A stretch of 64,000 bases of DNA from Myxococcota bacterium (lineage in GTDB: Bacteria > Myxococcota_A > UBA796 > SXON01), in the NCBI GenBank assembly GCA_040386535.1, contig JAZKFH010000032.1, positions 128,001 to 192,000 of the forward strand, written 5' to 3'. Below are positions 30,468 through 41,148 of this stretch, piece after piece. The position numbers were made by a program, and so were the translations under genes. Position 1 is the first letter of the stretch; each line of letters starts with the position of its first letter. The notes beneath the pieces are model-generated. The model ran no database searches. It saw nothing but the letters and a program-made list of their open reading frames with translations, and was not told the DNA's origin.

Positions 30468-32390
30468 CTACTTCAGCAGCTTCTGCAGCCCGCGCATCCG
30501 CGACTCGACCTCACCCACCCGGAAGGTGGGGTCGAGATCCTTGAGCTCCTCCAGCAGGCGCACGGCGGCACGTGCCTTCCCGGTCCCGGTGTAGAGCGCG
30601 GAGAGCTCGAAGAGGGCGTCGGCATAGGCGGGATCGCTCTCCAGGGCGTCGTTGACGGACTCCCGCAGCAGATCGAGCGCGCCGGCCACGTCCCCCTGGC
30701 CGCGCACCGCCTGGGCGCGCAGGACGGCGGCGTCGAGCGTGGTGGCCCCGTCGAGCAGCGCGAGCGCGTCGCTCCACATGCCGACCGCGACGAGCGACCG
30801 GGCCTCCTCGATGTCCATCTCGGGGAGGATCTCGTCGAGCGCCTCGGGGAGGACCTCGGCGAACGTGCCGTCCTCCAGCGGGGCGAAGTCGGCGAAGGCG
30901 GCCTCGTCGTCTTCGGGCGTGGGGGGTGGCGGCGGCGCGGCGGCGGCGGCGCGCGCGGCGCCCCGGAGCGAGGCGATCTTGGTGAGGACGCCGTCGTTGA
31001 GCGGATCCTCGCCGAGCGCCTCGCGGTAGGCCATCATGGCCCCCACCAAATCGCCCGCTTCGGCCAGCGCATCCGCGCGCGCCTCCGCGGACGACGGCCG
31101 GGGCTCGGGCCGGCCCTGCGGCGCGACGGGCGCGGCGGCCGCCAGGGTCGTGGGGGTCGCGACGGGCGGTGCCTCGGCGAGCCCGAACCGGGCGCGCAGC
31201 ACCATCATCCGATCGGCCACGGCGTCGGCCTCGGCGCCAGCGTGGGCGAGGATGCGCTCCATGAGGAGGAGCGCGTCGGCCGGGCGCTCGCGCGCGGCGT
31301 CGATCTCCGCCATGGCCGCGAGGAGCCCGAGGGCATCGGGATCCCGGGCGAGCGCCTCGCGCAGGGTCGCCTCCGCCCGGTCGAGGAAGCCGTACCGCAC
31401 GTACACCTCGGCGCGGACGGCGGCGCGGAGCTGGTCCTCCGTGGCGGGCTCGGCCAGCACGAGCTGGGTGAGGCGCCGCTCCATGCGGTTCACCTTCTCT
31501 TCGGCGGCCGCGAGGCGGCGCTGCAGATCGGCGTCGGTGGGGGCGAGGCGCGCCGCCCGCCGGAGCGCATCGGCCTCGGCGGTGGGGTTCCCGCGGTCGG
31601 CGGCGACGCGGGAGAGCTCGGAGAGGACCTTGAGCGCCTTCTCGCCCTGGCCCACACCTTCGAACGCGCGGGCGAGCAGGTCGAGGGTGCGGGGCTCGCG
31701 CGGCGCCTGGCCGAACGCGAGCTGGAGGTGCACCAGGGCGCGCTTGTAGTCGTTCGCCTCCACCCGCGCCGCGGCGGCGTCGAGGAGCAGGCCGATGTCA
31801 TCCGGCTTCAGACGCAGCGCCATCTCCGCGATGCGGCCGACCTCGTCGGGGCGGCCACGGCGGCGGTACTCCTCCGCGACCTCCTGGTACGCGAGGGCGG
31901 CCCCGTTCACGTCTCCGCCGGCCTCGAGCAGCTCGGCGACCTTGAGGCGGAGCGGCGGCTCGCCGGGGCTCTGTTCGGCCACGCGACGGGCGGCCTTCGC
32001 GGCGTCGAGCGCGCGGCCGGCACCGATCCAGAGGCGCATCGCCGAGTCGAAGTGCGGGCGGGCGTCGTTCGCGTAGCCGGACGAGACGTAGCACTCGGCC
32101 AGGTCCATCTGGAGGCCGGGATCGTCCGGCCGCAACGCCACGAGCTGCTTGAGCACGGCCACGGCGGCGCGATGGGCGCCCTCCTTGACCAGGCCCTCGG
32201 CCACCTCGCGGAACTGCTTCTCCGCGTCGACCGGCCGGCCGAGCTTGAGCATCAGCTCGCCGACCTTCTGACGGATGCGGCGGTCGCGAGGATCGAGCTT
32301 CAGGATCCCGGAGTACGCACGCAGCGCGCCCTCCTGGCTCCCGAGGTTCAATTGGCGCATCGCCTCTTGTTCGAGCTGATTCCGGTCCAT
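30468..32390 (-). CDS. Tetratricopeptide repeat protein
   Basis: Many TPR-like helices (ILKLDPRD, LRPDD, LKPDD); downstream of accC. Confidence 0.8.
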   Translation of the reverse strand: MDRNQLEQEAMRQLNLGSQEGALRAYSGILKLDPRDRRIRQKVGELMLKLGRPVDAEKQFREVAEGLVKEGAHRAAVAVLKQLVALRPDDPGLQMDLAECYVSSGYANDARPHFDSAMRLWIGAGRALDAAKAARRVAEQSPGEPPLRLKVAELLEAGGDVNGAALAYQEVAEEYRRRGRPDEVGRIAEMALRLKPDDIGLLLDAAAARVEANDYKRALVHLQLAFGQAPREPRTLDLLARAFEGVGQGEKALKVLSELSRVAADRGNPTAEADALRRAARLAPTDADLQRRLAAAEEKVNRMERRLTQLVLAEPATEDQLRAAVRAEVYVRYGFLDRAEATLREALARDPDALGLLAAMAEIDAARERPADALLLMERILAHAGAEADAVADRMMVLRARFGLAEAPPVATPTTLAAAAPVAPQGRPEPRPSSAEARADALAEAGDLVGAMMAYREALGEDPLNDGVLTKIASLRGAARAAAAAPPPPPTPEDDEAAFADFAPLEDGTFAEVLPEALDEILPEMDIEEARSLVAVGMWSDALALLDGATTLDAAVLRAQAVRGQGDVAGALDLLRESVNDALESDPAYADALFELSALYTGTGKARAAVRLLEELKDLDPTFRVGEVESRMRGLQKLLK

Positions 32391-32414
32391 CCCAGGGCCT
32401 CGTCGGGGCGCAGC

Positions 32415-33761
32415 CTACCCCGGGCGGTTCTTCAACCACTCGTCGATGTAGCGCGTGTGGAACTTCACATCACGAAAAGCCGGGTCCGAAAGCAGCAACT
32501 TCTGGAGCGGAAGCGAGGTCCGGATGCCCTCGACGACGTACTCGTCCATGGCGCCGAGCAGCTTGCGGATCGCCGCCTCGCGGTCGGGGGCGAACACGAT
32601 CAGCTTGGCGACGAGCGAGTCGTAGTAGGGCTGGACGAAGGCGCCTTCGTGCACCGCGCTGTCCACGCGTACGCCCGGGCCGCCCGGCGCGTGGTAGCCG
32701 GTGATGCGCCCGGGGGACGGCGTGAACTTCCACGGGTCCTCCGCGTTGACGCGCACCTCGATGCTGTGGCCGCGCAGCCGGACCTCGGACTGCGAGAACG
32801 GCATCGGCTCGCCCGCGGCGAGGCGGATCTGGAGCTGGACCAGATCAATCCCCGTCACCATCTCGGTGACCGGGTGCTCCACCTGGATGCGCGGGTTGAC
32901 CTCGAGGAAGAAGAACTCGTCCCCCTGGACGAGGAACTCGCAGGTGCCGACGGTGACGTAGCCGGTCGAGGCCACGAGGCGCGCGGCGGCGGCGCGGATG
33001 CGGTCCCGCAGGCCCTCGTCGAGGTTCGGCGCGGGCGCCTCCTCGATGATCTTCTGGTGGCGGCGCTGCATCGAGCAGTCGCGCTCGCCGATGTGTACGG
33101 CGGCGCCGTAGCGATCGCCGGCGAACTGGACCTCGATATGGCGCGGCGCGCGGAGGAAGCGCTCGAGGAACACCTCGCCGCTGCCGAACGCGGCCTTCGC
33201 CTCGGCGGAGGTGATCGCGAAGACCTTCCGCAAGGTCTCCTCGTCCTCCACGACGCGCATGCCCTTGCCGCCGCCGCCGGCGGCCGCCTTGAGCATCAGC
33301 GGGTAGCCGGACGCCCGCGCGACCGTGACGGCCTCCTCGAGCTCCTCCACCGCGCCATGGCTGCCGGGGAGCAGCGGCAGGCCCGCGGCGCGCGCGGCGG
33401 CCTTGGCGGAGAGCTTGTCCCCGAACTGGCGGAGGTGCTCCGGCGAGGGGCCGATGAACGTCATGCCGTGGGCGTTGACCGCCTCGGCGAACGTGGCGTT
33501 CTCCGCGAGAAAACCGTACCCCGGGTGCACGGCGTCGACGCGGGTGATGTCGGCCGCCGAGATGACGGCGGGCAGCGACAGGTACGACTGGCGCGCCTGC
33601 GCCGGCCCGATGCACACGCTCTCGTCCGCGAACCGGACGTGCGTGGCCTGGCGATCGGCCTCGGAGTACACGGCGACGGTGCGGATGCCGAGCTCGCGGC
33701 AGGCGCGGATGACGCGCATCGCGATCTCGCCACGGTTGGCGATGAGGATCTTGCGGAACAC
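32415..33761 (-). CDS. accC: Acetyl-CoA carboxylase biotin carboxylase subunit
   Basis: KILIANRGEIA, HPGYGFLAEN, GGGGKGM, RDCSMQRRHQK and RIQVEHPVTE. Confidence 0.97.
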   Translation of the reverse strand: MFRKILIANRGEIAMRVIRACRELGIRTVAVYSEADRQATHVRFADESVCIGPAQARQSYLSLPAVISAADITRVDAVHPGYGFLAENATFAEAVNAHGMTFIGPSPEHLRQFGDKLSAKAAARAAGLPLLPGSHGAVEELEEAVTVARASGYPLMLKAAAGGGGKGMRVVEDEETLRKVFAITSAEAKAAFGSGEVFLERFLRAPRHIEVQFAGDRYGAAVHIGERDCSMQRRHQKIIEEAPAPNLDEGLRDRIRAAAARLVASTGYVTVGTCEFLVQGDEFFFLEVNPRIQVEHPVTEMVTGIDLVQLQIRLAAGEPMPFSQSEVRLRGHSIEVRVNAEDPWKFTPSPGRITGYHAPGGPGVRVDSAVHEGAFVQPYYDSLVAKLIVFAPDREAAIRKLLGAMDEYVVEGIRTSLPLQKLLLSDPAFRDVKFHTRYIDEWLKNRPG

Positions 33762-33763
33762 CG

Positions 33764-34216
33764 CTACCTCGCGGCGAGGCGGAAGAGTTCCTGCCCGAAC
33801 TGCACGGGCTGGCCGTTCTCGATCAGGATGTGGGTCACGACGCCGTCCACGTCGCTCTCGATCTGGTTCATCAGCTTCATCGCCTCGACGATGCAGACTA
33901 CCTGGCCCTTGCGGACCTGGTCCCCGATCTCGACGTAGGACTTCGAGTCGGGCGAGGGCGAGCGGTAGAAGGTCCCGACGATCGGGGCCTTGATCACCCG
34001 GCCGTCCGCGGCGGCGACAGGCGCCGAAACCGCGGCGGGAGCGGCGGACGCCGTGGGCGAGGCGACGGGCGCGTACTGCACGGCCTGGGGCGCCCCACCG
34101 GCGCCCTCGAAGCGCACCTTGAGCTTGGAACCCTCAGCGCCGGTCTCCAACGTGAACTCGGCGACACCTTGCCGCTTCATCATCCGAATGAGCTCGGCCA
34201 TCTCCTTGCGGTCCAT
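33764..34216 (-). CDS. accB: Acetyl-CoA carboxylase biotin carboxyl carrier protein
   Basis: [13 protein letters not shown] and the EAMKLMN biotinylation motif. Confidence 0.97.
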   Translation of the reverse strand: MDRKEMAELIRMMKRQGVAEFTLETGAEGSKLKVRFEGAGGAPQAVQYAPVASPTASAAPAAVSAPVAAADGRVIKAPIVGTFYRSPSPDSKSYVEIGDQVRKGQVVCIVEAMKLMNQIESDVDGVVTHILIENGQPVQFGQELFRLAAR

Positions 34217-34692
34217 CAACCCTCCTCCCCCTTCGTCGGTTCGGCCACGGGGGCGCTGGGGGCGGCGCAGCCTAACAGACCGCGCAGTCCGAGTTCATAG
34301 CTGCGCGCGCCGAATCCACACACGACCCCGACGGCCACGTCGCTGAAGTAGGAGTGGCGCCGAAACGGCTCGCGTGCGTGGACGTTGGACAGATGGACTT
34401 CGACGAAGGGAATCGCGACGGACAGCAGCGCGTCGCGGAGCGCGACGGACGTGTGGGTGAGCCCGCCGGGGTTGATCACGATCCCGCCCACGCCCTCGTC
34501 CGCGGCGGCGTGGACCCGGTCGATGAGCGCGCCCTCCCAGTTCGACTGGAAGGACACGACCGCCGCGCCGAGCTCCGACCCCAGCGAGACCAGCCGCGCG
34601 TCGATGTCCGCGAGGGTCTCGGTCCCGTAGATCTCGGGCTGCCGGCGCCCCAGGCGATCCAGGTTCGGGCCGTGCACGACCAGGATCCTCAC
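34216..34692 (-). CDS. aroQ: Type II 3-dehydroquinate dehydratase
   Basis: [24 protein letters not shown] and [11 protein letters not shown]. Confidence 0.96.
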   Translation of the reverse strand: MRILVVHGPNLDRLGRRQPEIYGTETLADIDARLVSLGSELGAAVVSFQSNWEGALIDRVHAAADEGVGGIVINPGGLTHTSVALRDALLSVAIPFVEVHLSNVHAREPFRRHSYFSDVAVGVVCGFGARSYELGLRGLLGCAAPSAPVAEPTKGEEG

Positions 34693-35465
34693 GGGGTCCT
34701 CCAGAACGGGCGAGCGTAGCGCGCGACGGGGTGGCGCGCGCGCCTCGGCGCTCCGGTCGAGGCGGGCTCGACCACGGTCCGGTCGGCGCCCTCGATGAAG
34801 GCGGCAAACGCGTCCGCGAGCCCGGGGAGCGGCCGACGGCTCGCGCGCGCAGGCAGGGGCGGCTCACCCTCGATGTCGGCGGTCCCGTCGATCGCGCGGT
34901 TCAGCGCCGCGATGTGGGCGAGCGCCGTGGCGGACGAGGGGTGCTCGGCGAGCAGGCGCTCCCAGATCCCGCGCGCCCGGGCGTAGTGGCCGGCACGCGC
35001 GAACCGCGCGGCGAGCGCGGCGTCATCGAAGGGATCGGCCCCACGCGGGGGGGGCTCCGCCGCGGGCATCGAGGCGGGCACGAGCTCGCGCAGCGCCCCG
35101 TCCGGGTGGTTGGCCATGCGCAGGCGCTCGATGAGCGGCCGGGCCTCTCCCATGCGCCCGTCCTCGACGAAGATGCGCGCGAGGAGCGAGGCGGCGGCGA
35201 GGTTCTCGGGGTCACCCTGGACGACTTCGGCGAGCACCTCGGCGGCCAGGGCCCGGTGCCCCATCTCGAGGTGGATGCGCCCGAGCACCACGCGGGCGGG
35301 CGGATGATCCGCGTGCACGCGGAACCCCTCGCGGAGCACCTGCAGCCCCTCGCCGAAGCGCCCCTCTCGTCGGAGCGCGTCCGCCAGGGCCACGAACGCG
35401 GTCGACCGTGGATCGTCCCTCAACCGCCGGGTGAGGCGGGCGATCTCGGCCTCCGCCACGACCAC
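34689..35465 (-). CDS. Tetratricopeptide repeat protein
   Basis: [22 protein letters not shown] and DPENLAA; coupled to aroQ. Confidence 0.75.
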   Translation of the reverse strand: MVVAEAEIARLTRRLRDDPRSTAFVALADALRREGRFGEGLQVLREGFRVHADHPPARVVLGRIHLEMGHRALAAEVLAEVVQGDPENLAAASLLARIFVEDGRMGEARPLIERLRMANHPDGALRELVPASMPAAEPPPRGADPFDDAALAARFARAGHYARARGIWERLLAEHPSSATALAHIAALNRAIDGTADIEGEPPLPARASRRPLPGLADAFAAFIEGADRTVVEPASTGAPRRARHPVARYARPFWRTP

Positions 35466-36050
35466 CTACTGGAAGTCGTAGGACCAGGAATCGGCGGCGA
35501 CGCCGATGCTGGCGTAGAGGGAGATCGGGATGATCTCCCCCTCGTCGTCGGACGGGATGGAGTCGATGAACACGTAGAACTCGAGGATGCCGCGGCCGTC
35601 GGTGCCGCCCTCCATGTACGTGGGGCGGAAGCCGCCGAGATCGTTGTACTCGCCCGCGAACTCGACGTAGCGCTCCTCGCCGATGTCGAACCAGGCGTTG
35701 CACTCCTCGGACGCGTCGTCGTCGCAGCCGGCCTCGTACTCGTCCACGATGGTCACAGCGGTGGCCGGGATGACGTAGGCGGCGGACCAGCCGGACGTGA
35801 TGTCGACGAGGATGTTGTTGAGCGGGAGCTCGCGTGTCTCGCCGCCGCCGTCGCCGCCGTCCGACACGATCCGGCTCACCATCACCTGCTCGCGGACGAG
35901 CAGCCCGATGCCGTCATCCGGGTCGTTGTAGCTCACGTCGAAGATGGCCCCGAGCGAGCCGACGCCGCCCTTGTAGGTGACGATCGCGTCACTGGGGGCG
36001 CCATAGGGCCCCGATGCGCAGCCGATGGAGAGGGCGAGGAGGAGGGACAT
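35466..36050 (-). CDS. Hypothetical acidic lipoprotein
   Basis: MSLLLALSIGC lipobox-like N-terminus, typical codon usage and one internal Cys pair. TGATG overlap with aroB. Confidence 0.65.
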   Translation of the reverse strand: MSLLLALSIGCASGPYGAPSDAIVTYKGGVGSLGAIFDVSYNDPDDGIGLLVREQVMVSRIVSDGGDGGGETRELPLNNILVDITSGWSAAYVIPATAVTIVDEYEAGCDDDASEECNAWFDIGEERYVEFAGEYNDLGGFRPTYMEGGTDGRGILEFYVFIDSIPSDDEGEIIPISLYASIGVAADSWSYDFQ

Positions 36051-37216
36051 CAGGGGCTCCACGAGGACCCACGAGGGGCGACGACGGGATCGGAAGCGGC
36101 GGGGGAAGCGGAGGCGGCGGCCGGATCGAACGGGGGCTCGAGCAGGGCCCGAACCAGGGCCGGGACCTCCTCGACGGGGAGGGATCGAAGGTCGATCCGG
36201 CCCGGCGCAGAAGGAACTACGAGCCTCACCATACCACGGGCGCGCTTCTTGTCGAAGCCCACGGCCGCCACGAGCGCGGTCGCGTCCACACCGGGCGGCA
36301 CCACGGTCGGCAGGCCGAGCGCGAGGCACAACGCGTGGAGCCGAGCGGGCAGCCCCGGGTCGGCCAACCAGCCCTGGCGCGCGGCGTAGCGCGTCATGCC
36401 GAGGAGCCCGAGGGCGACGGCCTCTCCGTGCCGCACCACGCCGTAGCCGCACACGGTCTCGACCGCGTGCCCGAGGGTGTGGCCGAGGTTCAGGATGGCG
36501 CGCCGGCCGGCCTCGTGGGGGTCCTCCGCCACGATCTCCGCCTTGGTGCGCACCGAGTCGGCGACCATCCTGGCGAGCGCGACGGCGTCCCGACGGACGA
36601 GGGCCGGCGCGAGGGCCTCGCACGCCGCGAGGGCCTCCTCCCCGCGGATCACCACGTGCTTGACCACCTCGCCGAAGCCGCAGCGGAGCTCGGCGTCCGG
36701 GAGCGTCCGCAGCGTGTCGAGCGCGGCCCAGACGAGCTCGGGCTGGTGGAACGCGCCGACGAGGTTCTTGCCGTGCGGGGTGTTCACGCCGGTCTTGCCG
36801 CCGACGGACGAGTCGACCATCGCGAGCAGCGTCGTCGGGACCTGCACCAGCGGCAGCCCGCGCAGCACGGTGGCCGCGGCGAACCCGACGAGGTCACCCG
36901 TCACGCCGCCGCCGAGCGCGAGGACCGGCGTGTGTCGATCCACCCGCGCGACCAGGAGCCCCTCGACGAGGCCCTGCCAGCTCGCGAGCGTCTTGTGGGC
37001 CTCGCCGTCGGGCACGTCGAGGCGCTCGGGGAGCCAGCCCGCACCGCGCAGCTCGGCCTCGAGCGCGGCGGCATGGAGCGGCCCGACGACCGGGTTCGTG
37101 ACGACGACACACCGCCCCGGCGCGCGCAGCTCGGCCATCGCGGCGCCGAGGCCCGCGAACGTGTCGGCCACGACGACGTCGTAGGCGGCCCCCGCCACCG
37201 CTACCGGAATCCGCAC
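36050..37216 (-). CDS. aroB: 3-dehydroquinate synthase
   Basis: PDGEAHKT, ALGGGVTGD, PTTLLAMVDSSVGGKTG and LNLGHTLGHAVE. Start at GTG 37216. Confidence 0.96.
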   Translation of the reverse strand: MRIPVAVAGAAYDVVVADTFAGLGAAMAELRAPGRCVVVTNPVVGPLHAAALEAELRGAGWLPERLDVPDGEAHKTLASWQGLVEGLLVARVDRHTPVLALGGGVTGDLVGFAAATVLRGLPLVQVPTTLLAMVDSSVGGKTGVNTPHGKNLVGAFHQPELVWAALDTLRTLPDAELRCGFGEVVKHVVIRGEEALAACEALAPALVRRDAVALARMVADSVRTKAEIVAEDPHEAGRRAILNLGHTLGHAVETVCGYGVVRHGEAVALGLLGMTRYAARQGWLADPGLPARLHALCLALGLPTVVPPGVDATALVAAVGFDKKRARGMVRLVVPSAPGRIDLRSLPVEEVPALVRALLEPPFDPAAASASPAASDPVVAPRGSSWSP

Positions 37217-37710
37217 AACGCCTCCACCCGATCGGCCACGGCCGCCGGCTCCAGCCCATCCGTACACACCTGGGGGCCGGCTGCCCGCCAGGCCTCGGCG
37301 CGCGCGACCAACAATGACTCGAGCTGGGCGGCCAACGGCCGGCCCGGCGTGTCGCCGATGCGCGCCCGCAGCGTCTCCGCCGCGCCCATCAACACGACCA
37401 CGCGCCACTCCTGCAAGAGCGCGCGGTTCACGGGATCCACGACGGTGCCGCCGCCGAGCGCGAGCACGCCCTGTGTGAGCGGCCCCTCCCCGCGCGATCC
37501 CGGGCCGTGCACGACGCTCCGGAGCGTCTCCTGCTCCCGACGCCGAAACCCGGCCTCCCCTTCCCGCGCGAAGATCGCCGGGATGTCCCCGATCTCGGCG
37601 TCGAGATCGACGAACGGCACCCCCCAGCGCGCCGCGAGCAGGCGGCCCACGGTCGACTTGCCGGCGCCCATCGGCCCGGCGAGCGCGACGCGCACCGGCG
37701 GGCCGCCCAT
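37201..37710 (-). CDS. aroK: Shikimate kinase
   Basis: GPMGAGKSTVG, DLD, EGEAGFR, LGGG and RPL. Confidence 0.94.
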   Translation of the reverse strand: MGGPPVRVALAGPMGAGKSTVGRLLAARWGVPFVDLDAEIGDIPAIFAREGEAGFRRREQETLRSVVHGPGSRGEGPLTQGVLALGGGTVVDPVNRALLQEWRVVVLMGAAETLRARIGDTPGRPLAAQLESLLVARAEAWRAAGPQVCTDGLEPAAVADRVEALCGFR

Positions 37711-40035
37711 CTACCGCTCCGACTCCAGCGGCACGATGCGGGGCGTGATGAACACGAGCATCTCGTTCTGCGCGCGCGACTTCGTCGAGTTCTTGAACAG
37801 GAGCCCGATGATCGGGATGCTCCCGAGGCCCGGCACCCGGGTCTGGGACCAGGACTCGGTGGTGGCGTACACGCCGCCGAGCACCGTCGTGTCGCCGTCG
37901 GGCACGAGCACCCGGGTCGTGATCGACTTCGTGGTGATCTGCGGGTTGCCGTTCACCGCGTTGGCGAAGTCCGGACGATCGTTCGACACCATGATGTCGA
38001 GGAAGATGGTCCCGTCCGAAGTGATGTGGGGCGTCACGGCGAGCTCGAGGTTGGCCTCCACGAACTGCACCTGGGTGCCGTTCTGGCTGGTCGTCTCGAA
38101 GGGCACGCGCGCGCCCTGGATGACCGTGGCCTCCTCGTTGTCCAGCGCGGTCACGCGCGGGCTCGAGATGATCTTGCCCCAACCCTCGGCCTCGACCGCC
38201 GAGAGGCGCGCGTCGAGATCGATGAGCCCGGGGATGCTGCCGAGCGAGAACGCGAGCGCGCCGGCGGGGGTTCCGGTCGCCGCGAGGTCGACCAGGAGGC
38301 TGTCGGCGCCGGCGGTGAAGAACGTGCTGTCGCTGTCGCCATTGGCGAGCGTTCCGCCGCTCACGCCGATGTTGTTCGGGAAGAACGCGCCCGTGGGGTA
38401 CCCGGTGGCCGCGGAGGCATCGACCATGCCGCCCCACTGGATGCCGAGGCTCCGCGTGAAGTTGCTCGTGGCCTCGACGAAGCGGGCCTCGATGCTGACC
38501 TGGCGGTTGGGCTTGTCGAGCGTGCGGAGGAGCTCGCGGATCTGGGCCACGTTCTCCGCGCGGTCACGCACGATGAGCTGGTTGCCGCGCGTGTCGATCT
38601 GCACGCTGCCGCGCGGCGAGAGCACGGAGGTCACCTGCTCGGTGAGCTCGTCGGCCTGGGCGTAGTTGAGGGGGGCGACGTAGAGCTGGAGCTCGGCGAG
38701 GTCGGCCGAGGCCTTCTCCGACTCGAGCGTGGCCTGCTGCTCGGCCTTGATCGTCTCGAGCGGCGCGACACGGATGATGTTGCCGAGCCGCTGCGCGCCG
38801 AGGCCCTTGGCCTGGAGCACCGCGCCGAGCGCCTCGTCCCACGGCACGTCCTTGAGCCGCACCGTCACCTTGCCCGCCACGTCGTCGGAGGTGATGATGT
38901 TGATGTCGGCGAAGTCGGCGATGAAGCGGAACACCACGTGGATGTCCGCCTCCTGCAGGTCGATGCTCATCCGCTTGCCGGTCGACCGCGTGGAGCTGGC
39001 GCTCTTCACGTCCGTGGCGAAGCTCAACGAGCCCGGGGACGACGAGCCGCCGCCGGTGCCGAACACGGCCTGGGGATCGACCGAGCGGCCGGAGCCCGTG
39101 ATGAGGACCTCGGAGCCCTTGCTGTTCGAGAGGCCTTGGCCCCCGTTGGTCTCTGGGGTGGAGGGCGCGGCCGGGACCGCGCGGCTCACGGCGGCGCCCT
39201 TGAGGGCCGCCTCCCGCTTGGCGAGGATGTCGGCCGGGATCTGGATGGAGATCACCGTGAGCCCGGACTCGCGGGACACCTCGTACTCGGCGCCCTCGCG
39301 CAGCACGACGGTGATGCGGGCGCCCGCCGCGGTGGGTGTGGCCTTGACCGAGTCGACCGCGCTGTAGAAGAAGCGGGTGTCGAGCTCGCGACCGAGGCTC
39401 TCGGCGATGCGCGCGCCGGGGAGATCGATGGCGATGGTGTTGCGCGAGGGCTGGGAGACCGCGGGCTCGACGTCCTGGGCGCCGATGAGCAGACGGCTCA
39501 CGCGGTCCTTCTGCTGAAAATCGAGCGAGGTGAGCGCGGCGCCGTTGATGGGCGCCTGGGGCCCGGAGAGCTTCACGTCGCCCGCGGCCGGCGCGCCGAG
39601 CGCCTCGGCGAGCGGATCGGAGACCGCGCCCGGGGTGAGGGAGAGGACGATGGCGCCCGCCTCGCTCTTGATGTCCCATTGGGCGGGGCCGGTGAGCCAC
39701 AACGTGAGGCGGACGTTGTCCGTGCCATCGTTGAACGTGCCGTACTCGGCGCGCGAGACGAGGCCCCCGATGGCGGGCACCGCGCCCGCGGTGAGCGTCG
39801 CGCCCGCGATGTCGAGCACCAGCCGCTCGGGGTTGGTCTGCCGGAACGGGCTCACCGTCGGGCGCGCACCGGTGCCGTCGAGGGCGATGCGCACGACGGT
39901 CACGTCGGCGTTGGTGCCAATCTGGGTGGTACCCACGTTGGCGGGTTCGAGGGCGAAGGCGGGCGCGGCCGTGAGGGCCGCCACCAGGACCAGGCCCGCG
40001 ACACGAGCCCTATCCCCAAGAGAGAAGCGGATCAT
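37711..40035 (-). CDS. pilQ: Type IV pilus secretin PilQ
   Basis: Signal peptide, AMIN domains, VTVRLKDVPWDEAL, QVSIEARFVE, LEL.VTPHIT and VPGLG.IP.IGLLF; part of pilMNOPQ. Confidence 0.95.
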   Translation of the reverse strand: MIRFSLGDRARVAGLVLVAALTAAPAFALEPANVGTTQIGTNADVTVVRIALDGTGARPTVSPFRQTNPERLVLDIAGATLTAGAVPAIGGLVSRAEYGTFNDGTDNVRLTLWLTGPAQWDIKSEAGAIVLSLTPGAVSDPLAEALGAPAAGDVKLSGPQAPINGAALTSLDFQQKDRVSRLLIGAQDVEPAVSQPSRNTIAIDLPGARIAESLGRELDTRFFYSAVDSVKATPTAAGARITVVLREGAEYEVSRESGLTVISIQIPADILAKREAALKGAAVSRAVPAAPSTPETNGGQGLSNSKGSEVLITGSGRSVDPQAVFGTGGGSSSPGSLSFATDVKSASSTRSTGKRMSIDLQEADIHVVFRFIADFADINIITSDDVAGKVTVRLKDVPWDEALGAVLQAKGLGAQRLGNIIRVAPLETIKAEQQATLESEKASADLAELQLYVAPLNYAQADELTEQVTSVLSPRGSVQIDTRGNQLIVRDRAENVAQIRELLRTLDKPNRQVSIEARFVEATSNFTRSLGIQWGGMVDASAATGYPTGAFFPNNIGVSGGTLANGDSDSTFFTAGADSLLVDLAATGTPAGALAFSLGSIPGLIDLDARLSAVEAEGWGKIISSPRVTALDNEEATVIQGARVPFETTSQNGTQVQFVEANLELAVTPHITSDGTIFLDIMVSNDRPDFANAVNGNPQITTKSITTRVLVPDGDTTVLGGVYATTESWSQTRVPGLGSIPIIGLLFKNSTKSRAQNEMLVFITPRIVPLESER

Positions 40036-40514
40036 TTCCTAGCCTCGGTGGGGAAGCACACCGTTACGGGGTTGACGACGAGCTCGCCGTCGAGTGTCTG
40101 GTACTCCTCGGTCACGACCACGCAGCCCTCGGAGATGGAGGTGACCTTTCCCCAGTTGCGACCGACGTAGGTGCCGAGGACGATCGAGTGCCCGGTGCCC
40201 TCGGGGTCGATGAGGAGGCCCCGGGGGGACGACGTGTTCCAGATCACGCCTTTGAGCGCGTACTTGTCGATCTCCCAGCGCTGTAGCGGCGGCGCGTCGG
40301 CGCGGATCTCCTCCGCGCGGCCCCGCTTGATGAAGCTCTGGAACGGGTCACGTTTGCCGGCGGGGTTGTAGTAGTACTCTTCGGCCTCGGTCGCGGCGAC
40401 GTTGGCGCCCTCGGCCTTGACGGGCGCCTTCATCGGCGCGCTGGTGCCGCCGCCGCTGGGGACGGGCTCGCCGCACGCAACGAGGAGCAGTGCGAGCGCC
40501 AGGAGCCTATTCAT
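40032..40514 (-). CDS. pilP: Type IV pilus assembly lipoprotein PilP
   Basis: LLVAC lipobox, KRDPF, PLQRW and G.YVGRN.G. Confidence 0.92.
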   Translation of the reverse strand: MNRLLALALLLVACGEPVPSGGGTSAPMKAPVKAEGANVAATEAEEYYYNPAGKRDPFQSFIKRGRAEEIRADAPPLQRWEIDKYALKGVIWNTSSPRGLLIDPEGTGHSIVLGTYVGRNWGKVTSISEGCVVVTEEYQTLDGELVVNPVTVCFPTEARK

Positions 40515-41148
40515 TGGCCCCTCCGCCCGCGGGCTGCTGCCGGCCCTGCTTGGGGGCGTTGCGACGCTCCTCGATCTCCTTCTCGGTGAGGAAGCGGTAG
40601 GTCACCGCCTGTGCGCTCACCTTCAGGGTGGTCTCGGAGCCCAACTCCACCGGGTCCGACATCTCGATGTCCTGTACGGAGACGATGCGGCTCATCTTGC
40701 GGACGCGATCGAAGAAGATGCCGATCTCGTGGAAGCTGCCGTCCATCACGAGCTGAACCGGCACCTCGGCGAAGTACTCGTGGAGCACCTCGGGCAGCGG
40801 CTGGAAGCGGCGCACGTCGAGGCCGGACTTGCGGGCGTGGCCGTCGATCTCGGAGAGCAGGACGGGGATCTCGCGATCGTCCGGGAGCTCCTTGAGCGCC
40901 TTCTTGAGCTGGCTCGCCAACCCTTCCAACTCGGCCTCGAACGACGCGCGATTCTCGGCGCGGGTGCGCACCTGGTTCCGCTTGGTCGTGAGCTCGGCCT
41001 GGACGGCGCGGGCGCTGTCGATCTCGGCCCACGTGGGCGAGACGAGCGAGAAGAAGAACACCACGCAGATGACGAGGTACCCGAGGCCGACCAGGAGCAG
41101 GCGTTGGGAGCGCGGGAGGCGGGTGTAACGATCGAGGAGTTGGCTCAC
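40507..41148 (-). CDS. pilO: Type IV pilus assembly protein PilO
   Basis: TM helix, ELPDDREIP.LL, G.FHEI..FFD and TYRF. Confidence 0.92.
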   Translation of the reverse strand: MSQLLDRYTRLPRSQRLLLVGLGYLVICVVFFFSLVSPTWAEIDSARAVQAELTTKRNQVRTRAENRASFEAELEGLASQLKKALKELPDDREIPVLLSEIDGHARKSGLDVRRFQPLPEVLHEYFAEVPVQLVMDGSFHEIGIFFDRVRKMSRIVSVQDIEMSDPVELGSETTLKVSAQAVTYRFLTEKEIEERRNAPKQGRQQPAGGGANE

